This document shows positions 9,826-18,683 of a DNA stretch of 64,000 bases, one piece after another. Each line of letters begins with the position of its first letter. Position 1 is the stretch's first letter. The notes under the pieces are model-generated. The model saw only the letters and a list, made by a program, of their open reading frames with translations, made no database searches and had not been told where the DNA came from. Source of the stretch: a virus; the IMG/VR virus record IMGVR_UViG_3300021425_000005, one strand, 5' to 3'. Position numbers and translations under genes: made by a program.

Positions 9826-10060
9826 TAGTTTTCTTTCGCTTCAATCTTTCAAGTTCTTTACCAGTATGGCTAAGTTGTTCTTGGGTTTTAAGTAGTTGAA
9901 TATTTAATTCATTGTTGAGTTTCAACACTTCATTATACTTTTGAGCAATTACCTTACCCTGTGCCAATGCTCGAACACGGTCTTTATAGAGGCTGGTAAT
10001 CAATTCACTCAGCATCTTATCATATTCTTTGTTTACAGCACCATCAATCTCTTCTGCCAT
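9797..10060 (-). CDS. Hypothetical coiled-coil protein
   Basis: ORF directly downstream of a TATAAATA late promoter. Confidence 0.7.
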   Translation of the reverse strand: MAEEIDGAVNKEYDKMLSELITSLYKDRVRALAQGKVIAQKYNEVLKLNNELNIQLLKTQEQLSHTGKELERLKRKKTNAKSKDISE

Positions 10061-10070
10061 CTTTATACCT

Positions 10071-10078
10071 TATTTATA
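10071..10078 (-). promoter_or_regulatory. Late promoter TATAAATA
   Basis: Exact consensus 10 nt upstream of ATG 10060. Confidence 0.75.
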
Positions 10079-10079
10079 A

Positions 10080-10205
10080 TTATTGCTTCTCGATATTCTG
10101 CGCAAGTTTAGATGCAACTTCAAGCCAGTATTCTTGTGCCCACTCGCTCTGTGCATTTTCATACGCTTTCATGGCATTATTTAGAAGGCGAACATAATCA
10201 AACAT
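10080..10205 (-). CDS. 41-aa hypothetical (MFDYVRLLNNAMKAYENAQSEWAQEYWLEVASKLAQNIEKQ)
   Basis: Manual translation; strong SD AAGGAG upstream. Confidence 0.7.
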   Translation of the reverse strand: MFDYVRLLNNAMKAYENAQSEWAQEYWLEVASKLAQNIEKQ

Positions 10206-10329
10206 CTTGTCTCTCCTTCTGAACTTCGCGCATTGCTTCGGGCATTTTCATTTTTCGTGAACTGGTGTTCTGCATTTTAATCGCTTTTTTGCGAAGTTTA
10301 CGCAATTCAGCCTTTTTCTCTTTATCCAT
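10198..10329 (-). CDS. 43-aa basic hypothetical (MDKEKKAELRKLRKKAIKMQN...)
   Basis: Manual translation; AGGAGG upstream and TAATG coupling. Confidence 0.65.
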   Translation of the reverse strand: MDKEKKAELRKLRKKAIKMQNTSSRKMKMPEAMREVQKERQDV

Positions 10330-10484
10330 TAGTAATCGAGCCTCCTAGCTTCTACAATTTGACGGCATTGTTCTAACCATTCAAAATACCCCTTATTACC
10401 TTTATAGAATTCCTGCTTCTCAGGAGTCCCAAAAGTGTTTAGCACCCATTGTGCTTGTTCTGGGTCTTTACCGTGATACGACAT
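10329..10484 (-). CDS. 51-aa hypothetical (MSYHGKDPEQAQWVLNTFGTPEK...)
   Basis: Manual translation; GAGG SD; overlaps the end of the TauD-like gene. Confidence 0.65.
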   Translation of the reverse strand: MSYHGKDPEQAQWVLNTFGTPEKQEFYKGNKGYFEWLEQCRQIVEARRLDY

Positions 10485-11352
10485 TACGTTCCTCTATAAA
10501 TTTTACTTTACCAACATTACTGATTGGGAAAGTATATCGATGAAGTAATCTGTTTTCAAACACTTCATCACTTCTAACAGGTCTTCGATGTAAAGTCAAC
10601 AACTGATCAGACAAAACTATGTCGCCGACTTCCCATTCGTGGTGATACATAAACTTTTCTTGAAAGAGATATTCTTTAAGTTCAAAATATAACTCTACAT
10701 CTTTTTCAATAATACGCAAATCATTGTTGTCGTAAAAATATAAACCCTTTGTCCCAGCAATATTTTCTTGTTCAATGAACATCGAATAATCGTGGCGGTT
10801 TTTACGCATAAATTCTAATTGGTCAACATTGTCAATGTCTGCCCAATTTTCCATATTATATGTATACGAGCAACGGACGCCTGAGATCTTTTCTTTTAAT
10901 TGCTCAGGCATTTGTTCATATGCAACAGCTGTGTTAAGCCAAGATGTAACTGTTCCCTCTACGCCGCGAATACCTTGAAGAGCCACACCATCTGCACGGT
11001 CTGGACCATTTAAATTCGCATGCCAATCAAGTTTACCTCTAGGAAATATTCCTGAATAATGACCATTCTTCTTCTCGGCTGTCACACGCTGGACAGGATA
11101 TACATTGCAATCCCATGGATCGATATAGGTTTTCCACTGGTCAGCGACGTATTCCCCATTTTCATTCCACACACATTGACCAAAATTAGAAATGGTGTTA
11201 TTCATGCCGTGAATAAGGCGAGCGAATTTATAAGAATCTGTAGGCTGGTTTTTAATAACAACAACCAATTCTTTTTTCAGAGTTTCTAAAACATTATCGC
11301 AATCAACTCTTGTCAAATTATCAAGGTCAATATCTACAATCTTATGTGTCAT
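10468..11352 (-). CDS. TauD/TfdA-family 2OG-Fe(II) dioxygenase-like (H-x-N variant)
   Basis: LVVVIKNQ, WHAN, T-W-N...AYEQMP, YHHEWEVGDIVLSDQLLTLHRR, RLLHR. Confidence 0.85.
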   Translation of the reverse strand: MTHKIVDIDLDNLTRVDCDNVLETLKKELVVVIKNQPTDSYKFARLIHGMNNTISNFGQCVWNENGEYVADQWKTYIDPWDCNVYPVQRVTAEKKNGHYSGIFPRGKLDWHANLNGPDRADGVALQGIRGVEGTVTSWLNTAVAYEQMPEQLKEKISGVRCSYTYNMENWADIDNVDQLEFMRKNRHDYSMFIEQENIAGTKGLYFYDNNDLRIIEKDVELYFELKEYLFQEKFMYHHEWEVGDIVLSDQLLTLHRRPVRSDEVFENRLLHRYTFPISNVGKVKFIEERNVVSR

Positions 11353-11843
11353 GATACTGTTACCGTATGTAGAAAGAAGTTAGGGTTATCGAGGACAAAA
11401 TTTATGATCTTACTTATAGCGGTCAATTCTTGCCCCTTGTATTCTGTAATCCGAGTCTTTAGTTGATTGGGTTTTATGTTACAAATGCGTTTGTTGCGGC
11501 AAAATAAATCTAATTGCTTTTTATCTTCTTCGTATGTAAGTTCCAGTTCGCCCTTATCATAATCAACCTCTGTAATCATCGATGAGATATTGATTATGAG
11601 TTTATTTTCCCAGTCTAGCATCTTCAACATTTCAAGTTGTGAGCCGTTGCCCATCGAGAAATAATCATATGCATTGTTTATGAAGACATCATAGTCGTGA
11701 TTGGCTATACGAATTCTATCTTTAGGATCGGATATATCATAATCATTAGAAGTAGAAAATCCAGTTACATCATGTTCTGATGATAACACATCATATAGAT
11801 GCTTACCAACGCCATTTGTATGTCCTGTAATAGATATCTTCAT
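11349..11843 (-). CDS. Short SDR-family oxidoreductase
   Basis: ITGHTNGVG (TGxxxGxG), FINNA, NISS, YEEDK (YxxxK). Confidence 0.75.
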   Translation of the reverse strand: MKISITGHTNGVGKHLYDVLSSEHDVTGFSTSNDYDISDPKDRIRIANHDYDVFINNAYDYFSMGNGSQLEMLKMLDWENKLIINISSMITEVDYDKGELELTYEEDKKQLDLFCRNKRICNIKPNQLKTRITEYKGQELTAISKIINFVLDNPNFFLHTVTVS

Positions 11844-11851
11844 AATTTAAT

Positions 11852-11928
<77 letters not shown>

Positions 11929-11936
11929 ATAAAAAA

Positions 11937-12010
11937 TGGCAGAGGACCAAGGAATTGAACCCTGTCTTGCTGGGTTGGAGCCAGCCGTGCTACCGTAACA
12001 CTTGTCCCCT
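11937..12010 (-). tRNA. tRNA-Trp(CCA)
   Basis: Anticodon arm GCTGG-CT CCA AC-CCAGC; TTCAATT; encoded CCA. Confidence 0.95.
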
Positions 12011-12012
12011 AG

Positions 12013-12858
<846 letters not shown>

Positions 12859-12867
12859 AAACTATTT

Positions 12868-12958
<91 letters not shown>

Positions 12959-12964
12959 TGACAA

Positions 12965-13192
12965 TTACCGCTTTGTGTTTTTAATAGCGGTCTTTGTCTT
13001 CTCGATTTTGTCCACAACACGCTCATCTTCCCAAGCGAGGAAGTTGTGAATCTTGCGCAATATCCACAATTGTGTCATGCGTAGACTGTTACCACGAGGA
13101 AGTGCCCATCCTGCCATAAAAGCAATAATGACGGCATAACCGTGAACAATGGTTTGAACAAGAATTTCAATAGGATCCATAATTTTCTCCAT
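12965..13192 (-). CDS. Small membrane protein (start possibly 13180)
   Basis: One hydrophobic segment; GGAG SD precedes the second Met. Confidence 0.6.
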   Translation of the reverse strand: MEKIMDPIEILVQTIVHGYAVIIAFMAGWALPRGNSLRMTQLWILRKIHNFLAWEDERVVDKIEKTKTAIKNTKR

Positions 13193-13200
13193 AATTAAAC

Positions 13201-13283
13201 AAGTTGTGGGCTAACCGTTGACCCACGCGAGACTATTTATGGCGTCTAACCCACAGAGTGTAGTGCTACTGCACCATTCCGAC
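13201..13283 (-). ncRNA. Candidate structured RNA / regulatory leader
   Basis: Hairpins TGGTGC-AGTA-GCACTA and AGAC-GCCATAAATA-GTCT, and two GTGGG segments that can each pair with CCCAC, in a GC-richer intergenic gap. Confidence 0.4.
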
Positions 13284-13299
13284 CAAGTCAATTTTTACA

Positions 13300-13614
13300 T
13301 CATTCTGAGATGGAACCGAGTTTTTTCTTAACTCGCTTCATACTATCGCGAACCGCGACAGATTTCTTATCTTTCTTGCCATAATCATCAGCAAGTTTAG
13401 ATGTTGGATTTGCTTCAGCAATTTTTGAAAGAACTTCCTTGAAACCATCATCGGGCTTAGTTCTATCACCAGTGCCACCAACGATAGAAGGTGCTTTACT
13501 AATGAATCGTTCTATGTGAGGATTTTCTTCAAGATATTGTTCAGACGCCGAGAACGACATCATCTCTTCAAACTCTTCACCAGTGATGTTATTTCTGAAT
13601 GAATAAATCGGCAT
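13300..13614 (-). CDS. Conserved T4-like small protein (FmdB-like, Cys-less)
   Basis: MPIYSFRN..TGEEFE...YLEENP...GFKEVLSKI pattern common in T4-like phages. Confidence 0.75.
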   Translation of the reverse strand: MPIYSFRNNITGEEFEEMMSFSASEQYLEENPHIERFISKAPSIVGGTGDRTKPDDGFKEVLSKIAEANPTSKLADDYGKKDKKSVAVRDSMKRVKKKLGSISE

Positions 13615-13748
13615 TATTTCTTCCTTCGTTGCTTTCTTAACCTACTATATAGGCGAGATGTCCGATCAAAAATAATGTCTTTTAAATAACGCCGACGCTG
13701 ACGAGCAGTTTCAGATTTATGAAGACGCTCACTTCTAGATTGAGTCAT
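13614..13748 (-). CDS. 44-aa Arg-rich microprotein (MTQSRSERLHKSETARQRRR...)
   Basis: GGAG SD upstream of ATG 13748; the longer ORF-track start would overlap the tRNA. Confidence 0.65.
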   Translation of the reverse strand: MTQSRSERLHKSETARQRRRYLKDIIFDRTSRLYSRLRKQRRKK

Positions 13749-13763
13749 TATATACTCCATTAA

Positions 13764-13840
13764 TGGTGATCTCGGGAAGACTTGAACTTCCAACACCCAG
13801 TTTAGAAGACTGGTGCTCTATCCAGTTGAGCTACGAGACC
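13764..13840 (-). tRNA. tRNA-Arg(UCU)
   Basis: Anticodon arm CCAGT-CT TCT AA-ACTGG; TTCAAGT; encoded CCA. Confidence 0.96.
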
Positions 13841-13929
13841 TATTTTTTCTTGTTCCGCCGAGCCTTACGCTTCCCAGAACCGATCTTCCGACGACCTTTT
13901 GGTGGTCGGTTTTTATGTGGCCAAGGCAT
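13840..13929 (-). CDS. 29-aa basic microprotein MPWPHKNRPPKGRRKIGSGKRKARRNKKK
   Basis: Manual translation; GGTGAG SD-like upstream; TAG overlaps the first base of tRNA-Arg. Confidence 0.65.
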   Translation of the reverse strand: MPWPHKNRPPKGRRKIGSGKRKARRNKKK

Positions 13930-14098
13930 GTGTGCTCACCCAGTTACCAGACTGATCGAAAACTGCGACAGGCACATCAGCTGCAACATCAAACTTGTTG
14001 CGAATGTAAGCCAAGTCACCGTCAGAAGGGAAGTTGGTCACATCGCGTGACAGCTTCACTGCAAAGATCTCTTTCAGACCTTCTTCATTTTTTGCCAT
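13913..14098 (-). CDS. Hypothetical protein
   Basis: TAATG coupling, GGAG upstream. Confidence 0.65.
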   Translation of the reverse strand: MAKNEEGLKEIFAVKLSRDVTNFPSDGDLAYIRNKFDVAADVPVAVFDQSGNWVSTHALAT

Positions 14099-14361
14099 TA
14101 CAAATCTCCGTCAAATAGCTGTTGTTCATTGAGATCCTCAATCATTGTTTCGAGTTCCTCAATAGTAAAGTGGTCTAACGAACCACGTGGTCGGACGCCG
14201 TAGCAACCTTTCCATGCTTCTGAGAAAGCGCACTCAACAGTATAGCGTTCAAACTGCTCAACAGTTTCGATGCCATACTGCTTCCAGTGTTCTGGATCCT
14301 CTGTTATTTTCCAGACTTCACCTTCATTCAATGTTTGAATATGTTGGATAAGTGCTTCCAT
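14098..14361 (-). CDS. Conserved phage hypothetical early protein
   Basis: DPEHW..YGI.TVEQF...K..YGVRPR pattern; coupled to its neighbours. Confidence 0.7.
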   Translation of the reverse strand: MEALIQHIQTLNEGEVWKITEDPEHWKQYGIETVEQFERYTVECAFSEAWKGCYGVRPRGSLDHFTIEELETMIEDLNEQQLFDGDL

Positions 14362-14582
14362 TATGCAGCCTCCAACAGACGAGCCTGTTTCAAGAAGTTC
14401 TCGAGAGGCATATCAACCTCCCAGTCATAGAAACCCTCGACCGTGCAATAGTCGCGGCGATCTCCTCCTGGACCATCGAGAATGTCTGTGAGTGTTACAA
14501 TTTTCTCAACATTCTTACGAGTTTTCAGATCAAGACCTTCCATAACAAACTGTTTTCCAATCATTTCATAAATTTTATTCAT
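14361..14582 (-). CDS. Hypothetical early protein
   Basis: Start re-set to ATG 14582 after a GAGG SD and early promoter. Confidence 0.7.
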   Translation of the reverse strand: MNKIYEMIGKQFVMEGLDLKTRKNVEKIVTLTDILDGPGGDRRDYCTVEGFYDWEVDMPLENFLKQARLLEAA

Positions 14583-14590
14583 AACAAATT

Positions 14591-14640
14591 CCTCTCTCAA
14601 GTTATATAACCATTATACGCTATAAAATTTCAAAAGTCAA
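14591..14640 (-). promoter_or_regulatory. Sigma70-type early promoter with TATAACTTGAGAG leader
   Basis: TTGACT(14640-14635)-17 nt-TATAAT(14617-14612). Confidence 0.85.
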
Positions 14641-14849
14641 GCGGCTTTTTTACCGCTATCAATTTTTTTCACGAGGTCATCAATATTTTCAGCCCAGAAA
14701 CTACTTTTAGCATCAGCACCAGACTCAAGCCCACCATTCACAAAAAATATAATTTCACCGCGATATTCACCGCTAATAAAAGTATTCAGGTTATAGGGGT
14801 CAGAACCTTCATAAACGCCGTTTTCAAATTCAATAGTTACATTAGACAT
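14637..14849 (-). CDS. Hypothetical early protein
   Basis: Start re-set to ATG 14849 after GAGGAG and its own promoter. Confidence 0.7.
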   Translation of the reverse strand: MSNVTIEFENGVYEGSDPYNLNTFISGEYRGEIIFFVNGGLESGADAKSSFWAENIDDLVKKIDSGKKAA

Positions 14850-14854
14850 ACAAA

Positions 14855-14903
14855 CTCCTCTCAAGTTATACCTTATATTAGCATAACTGTGCAGAAAAGT
14901 CAA
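14855..14903 (-). promoter_or_regulatory. Sigma70-type early promoter with TATAACTTGAGAG leader
   Basis: TTGACT-17 nt-TAATAT. Confidence 0.8.
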
Positions 14904-14919
14904 GCGTTTTTTTGAAAAA

Positions 14920-15666
14920 TTAGTAGCCTGAAGACCACTCAGAGTAGGAGTTCTCTTTGATCAAGATACCTTCAGCGAAAACAGAACCAAAGGTAGAACC
15001 AGAAAGAGAGCGTAATTGCATCTTGATATCTGTTTTCTCACCATAAGCAAATGGTGCTTGTCTGAGGATTTGCATATTCTCAAAGAATGTAGTGTCGGCA
15101 ACCCTCAATTGTCTGCCAGTTTCAGATTCTAAAAAGTTTCTGAACCTTGCCGCTTTACCACCATTGGCGTCAGTGCAAAAAGCATCAATTCTTGTTAGAT
15201 AGAAGGTGTGTCCATTAGGAACAGTGTAAACTGCTTTCTGGTCTCTACCAGTTCCAATTTCAATCACAGAATAATTAGTCGCTCCAACGGATAGGGTAAT
15301 TTTACCAACAGCATTACCTGATGTGATAATCATATCATTAATTCTGTAATATGAATTATCAGTAGTGATACCAGTGGTTCCAGTGAGAGTTTGAGTTTCA
15401 CTGATTGGATCGCAATTACTATCCAACCCCTGTATCAATACAGTCACGGCTGTATCTGAGGTGCTGGTGCTAACGAGAGTCATTGTGGAAGCGGCACTAG
15501 GAAACGCATAATCAGCTGCATTTTCCCATGGTGTTCTAAACTCAGTGGTGACGATATCATCATCTGCACCTGTTGTTCCGAAGATGTTTCGGACAGATGC
15601 ATGTCTAACTTTGCCTCTAGCAATATCTAAAAGCGGTAAGTCGCCACCTCTAAGAAAAGTGCTCAT
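14920..15666 (-). CDS. Probable virion/late protein
   Basis: Thr/Ser/Gly-rich beta-type sequence; TATAAATA 4 nt upstream of the ATG. Confidence 0.7.
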   Translation of the reverse strand: MSTFLRGGDLPLLDIARGKVRHASVRNIFGTTGADDDIVTTEFRTPWENAADYAFPSAASTMTLVSTSTSDTAVTVLIQGLDSNCDPISETQTLTGTTGITTDNSYYRINDMIITSGNAVGKITLSVGATNYSVIEIGTGRDQKAVYTVPNGHTFYLTRIDAFCTDANGGKAARFRNFLESETGRQLRVADTTFFENMQILRQAPFAYGEKTDIKMQLRSLSGSTFGSVFAEGILIKENSYSEWSSGY

Positions 15667-15670
15667 ATAT

Positions 15671-15678
15671 TATTTATA
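15671..15678 (-). promoter_or_regulatory. Late promoter TATAAATA
   Basis: Exact consensus, 4 nt before the ATG. Confidence 0.75.
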
Positions 15679-15682
15679 TGAT

Positions 15683-16006
15683 TTACTTTTTACCCATTGC
15701 TTGTGAGCCAAAGAATGCTGCCACAATAGCCGCAACTGAAACAAAGTAAACTGATGCCATATCGCCGAGAATCTTAGCAGCTTGTTCAAGTCCGAGCAGT
15801 TGCGCTAAGACAACCGCAAAAGGATACAATAACATACCTGCAAGAGAGAACCACGCCATATTACGCTGGGCATCTCTCATGGCATCGGCATCTTCGAGTT
15901 CCTTGCGTTTGAACTCAAGATACATTTGTTCTTCTTCTTTTGTTACCTTGCCATCGCCGTTGGTGTCAGCGGGATGGTATCCTTTGTTTTTAAGTTCTTC
16001 TTCCAT
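15683..16006 (-). CDS. Two-TM membrane protein with EF-hand-like loop (holin-like)
   Basis: DTNGDGKVTKEE plus two hydrophobic helices. Confidence 0.65.
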   Translation of the reverse strand: MEEELKNKGYHPADTNGDGKVTKEEEQMYLEFKRKELEDADAMRDAQRNMAWFSLAGMLLYPFAVVLAQLLGLEQAAKILGDMASVYFVSVAAIVAAFFGSQAMGKK

Positions 16007-16671
16007 TAGAATTTATACCCCAGTGAAATGTATGTTACGCTATATTCTTTTTCTGCTTCATCACTAATATAAAGGTCATTTAGAGAGAACATCAGATTCT
16101 TACTAACATTATAATCAATGCTGAACTGATTTTTATTCAATTCATGATATTTGCCATTCTCGAACAAATACTTATTCGTAATACTTATTGGAGAATCAGG
16201 ATGTTTGTAACGAATCCAAATAGAGTTACGCCAAACAAGTTCTGAATAATCCTCAGTCCCCATTTGAGTTATAGTAAACTCATTTGACATTTTCCATCTA
16301 TCATTACGGAAGAACTTGTATCCCCACCCAATACCAGTGTGGGGACGGAAGTCACCAATAAACCTATCAGCATTATAGTTGAAACCGAAGTTTGCGATAC
16401 CATAGTGTTTTGGTGTAAAGTTAAGAATGAACTCATACTCACCATCAGAACGGTCAGTGACTTCTTCGCCTTCAACCTCAGAGTAATAGACATTGGTCTC
16501 AGTCTCTAACTGAAAGTCTTTACCTTCAGGCTCCCAGTTCCATTTTTGATTGAGGCGGTAATCTTTACTTACGCTATCTTCAATTTTTGCGCTGAACTTT
16601 ATATAATTATCACCTACTGCTGGCGAGGCGACCAAGCACCCGACCATTAGTAAACCGAATAAACGAATCAC
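16006..16671 (-). CDS. Putative outer-membrane beta-barrel protein (DUF481/YdiY-like)
   Basis: Signal peptide, aromatic amphipathic strands (GIGWGYKFF), C-terminal beta-signal YISLGYKF. Confidence 0.7.
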   Translation of the reverse strand: MIRLFGLLMVGCLVASPAVGDNYIKFSAKIEDSVSKDYRLNQKWNWEPEGKDFQLETETNVYYSEVEGEEVTDRSDGEYEFILNFTPKHYGIANFGFNYNADRFIGDFRPHTGIGWGYKFFRNDRWKMSNEFTITQMGTEDYSELVWRNSIWIRYKHPDSPISITNKYLFENGKYHELNKNQFSIDYNVSKNLMFSLNDLYISDEAEKEYSVTYISLGYKF

Positions 16672-17129
16672 TTCTTGCGACCTTTATCAATAGCGCGAGA
16701 ACCAAACCAGAATGAAATGATTGCAGCAAAGATTGCCTTGGTATCGTCATCCCAAAGAATATTGATTGCTTCAGAGAAGTCTGTTCCCTTCTCCATTGCT
16801 TCCATCAAAAGGGTAATTTCAATAACAGCGAACAGCCCGAAGAAACAGTATGTAATAACTGGTCGAACTGATTTCTGCAAACTGGCGACAAATCCAGTCC
16901 CCTGATTGATACTAATATCGTGTTGAACCAATCTAGCATGTTCGCTGTCGTCTGCCTTTGTTTCATACATTCGATACTCTTGATCAAATCCAGCGGCTCT
17001 CAGTTCCGCCATCTTTTCCATTTTAGCGAGTTCGAATTTCTGTTCGTTCTTTTGTTTGAAATGGTCTGTGATTGCGGGAACGACTGAACCGCCAAATCCT
17101 AAGACACTACCTAATAATCCACTTAACAT
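16668..17129 (-). CDS. Holin-like membrane protein (GTA 3TM-holin type)
   Basis: SVRPVITY...AAIISFWFGSR motif; late promoter at 17152-17159. Confidence 0.65.
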   Translation of the reverse strand: MLSGLLGSVLGFGGSVVPAITDHFKQKNEQKFELAKMEKMAELRAAGFDQEYRMYETKADDSEHARLVQHDISINQGTGFVASLQKSVRPVITYCFFGLFAVIEITLLMEAMEKGTDFSEAINILWDDDTKAIFAAIISFWFGSRAIDKGRKK

Positions 17130-17151
17130 AATAATCTCCTATTATATTTTT

Positions 17152-17159
17152 TATTTATA
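17152..17159 (-). promoter_or_regulatory. Late promoter TATAAATA
   Basis: Exact consensus upstream of the AGGAG SD of the 153-aa gene. Confidence 0.75.
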
Positions 17160-18546
17160 CTTTAATAGATCCGTAATCACCAGTCATCTTACTACTGAAT
17201 GTTGTGTTGTCGAAAACAGCAGCACTATCATTCTGACCACTGTCGCTAATAGTTTTCTGAACCTCGTCAGTCAAATCAAATAATCGCATCTTAGATCGAT
17301 CAACGCCAACCATAAACCTTTTATTGGAGGTTGGATCAGAATAACGATTCTTCAACTGCTTTACCATAATTTGCTGTTGCGCTTCAAGTTCTTCCGTGCT
17401 GATCAGAGCAAACATCAGGTCAGCAGTTGCAGGCAGACCAAACGATTCAGAAGTATCAGTGAGATCGACATCGCTATTAGCATAGCCAGACCGAGTCGTT
17501 TGTGTAGCGGAGACGATCGGCAGGTCATACTCAACAGCAAGACCTCGAAGTTCCTCGGCGATACTTTTGATAATCGTATAAGAGTTTACTTGTGAACCAG
17601 CACGGAAGCGACTACTTGTGCAGATGTTTAAGTAGTCGATAAAGATAATGTCGGGAGCGAAGGAGCGTTTCAGCTTCAACTCTTCCAACAATGCCTTGAA
17701 GTGTCCTGCATGCGCAGAGGCAGTAGGATATTCTTTGATGATAAGTTTACCGTCAATCTTATCATTAATTTTTTTGACGCGATCGTCAAACATTTTCTTG
17801 GGCAGATCTTTTAGATCTTGAATCGGAACATTCATCATGTTAGCATCTATACGCTCGGCGATTCGTTCTTCAGACATCTCAAGAGTAATATACAAAACAT
17901 TTTTGCCTTGAGAAATGCAAGCAGCAGCGACATGACACATGAATAGTGACTTACCAACACCAGTGCCAGCAAGAGCAATATTCAATGTTTTGTTGGGAAG
18001 ACCGCCATCAGTAATCTTGTTAAAAAACTCCAAGTCGAACGGAATCTTTTCCTCTACTCGGTTATAGAAATCAAATCGTTCAGAAGCATTTTCGATATAA
18101 TCATGACCGATATTATTATCGAACCCAACTGATAGTGCATCAGATAGAAGAGATGGAAGTGCGTCCTTAGAACGTGTAGTGTCTGACCCATCGATAATCT
18201 GAATGCTATCCATGATAGCATTATAAAGTGCTTTATCTTTACAAAACTTTTCAGTTTCATCAACAAGCCAGTTCTGTTCAGGGGCAGTTTCGTTAAGAGA
18301 ATTGATTAGAGTTTCACACTGGACATAAAGATCTTCACTGATTTTTCTGTCATCTTGGAGAGCAATAAGTAATGCACTTTTGCTCGGTGGATTATTATAT
18401 TTTGCAACATAAGAAAATATTTTCTCAAATACAATCCTGTCATCAGTTTCAGTGAAATAATCAGTTTTCAGGAAGGGAATGACCTTTCGGACATACTCTT
18501 CATTAGTCACTAGATTCGATAATATTTGTGTCTCGATTCTCATCAA
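17155..18546 (-). CDS. gp41: Replicative DNA helicase gp41
   Basis: AGTGVGKS, YITLEM, IKEYPT, FIDYLN, SATQTTR, SESFGLPATAD. Confidence 0.97.
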   Translation of the reverse strand: MMRIETQILSNLVTNEEYVRKVIPFLKTDYFTETDDRIVFEKIFSYVAKYNNPPSKSALLIALQDDRKISEDLYVQCETLINSLNETAPEQNWLVDETEKFCKDKALYNAIMDSIQIIDGSDTTRSKDALPSLLSDALSVGFDNNIGHDYIENASERFDFYNRVEEKIPFDLEFFNKITDGGLPNKTLNIALAGTGVGKSLFMCHVAAACISQGKNVLYITLEMSEERIAERIDANMMNVPIQDLKDLPKKMFDDRVKKINDKIDGKLIIKEYPTASAHAGHFKALLEELKLKRSFAPDIIFIDYLNICTSSRFRAGSQVNSYTIIKSIAEELRGLAVEYDLPIVSATQTTRSGYANSDVDLTDTSESFGLPATADLMFALISTEELEAQQQIMVKQLKNRYSDPTSNKRFMVGVDRSKMRLFDLTDEVQKTISDSGQNDSAAVFDNTTFSSKMTGDYGSIKV

Positions 18547-18667
18547 TAAACTCCGCTTTTATTTCTTCTACACAATCTTCACACAACCCCAGATCTCCTT
18601 CTGGGCGTTGAAAAACCATAGCTGGTTCATCATCCATAATCTTGCGACTGCAACGATCGCAAGTCAT
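18503..18667 (-). CDS. Small Zn-finger-like protein
   Basis: CDRC...CEDC. Confidence 0.55.
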   Translation of the reverse strand: MTCDRCSRKIMDDEPAMVFQRPEGDLGLCEDCVEEIKAEFIDENRDTNIIESSD

Positions 18668-18683
18668 TCGTAATGACCACCCA

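Noticed and set aside
13614-13929. Microproteins as RiPP precursors for the radical SAM enzymes
   Set aside because: Not adjacent to any rSAM gene, no leader/core organisation, and no dedicated protease or exporter
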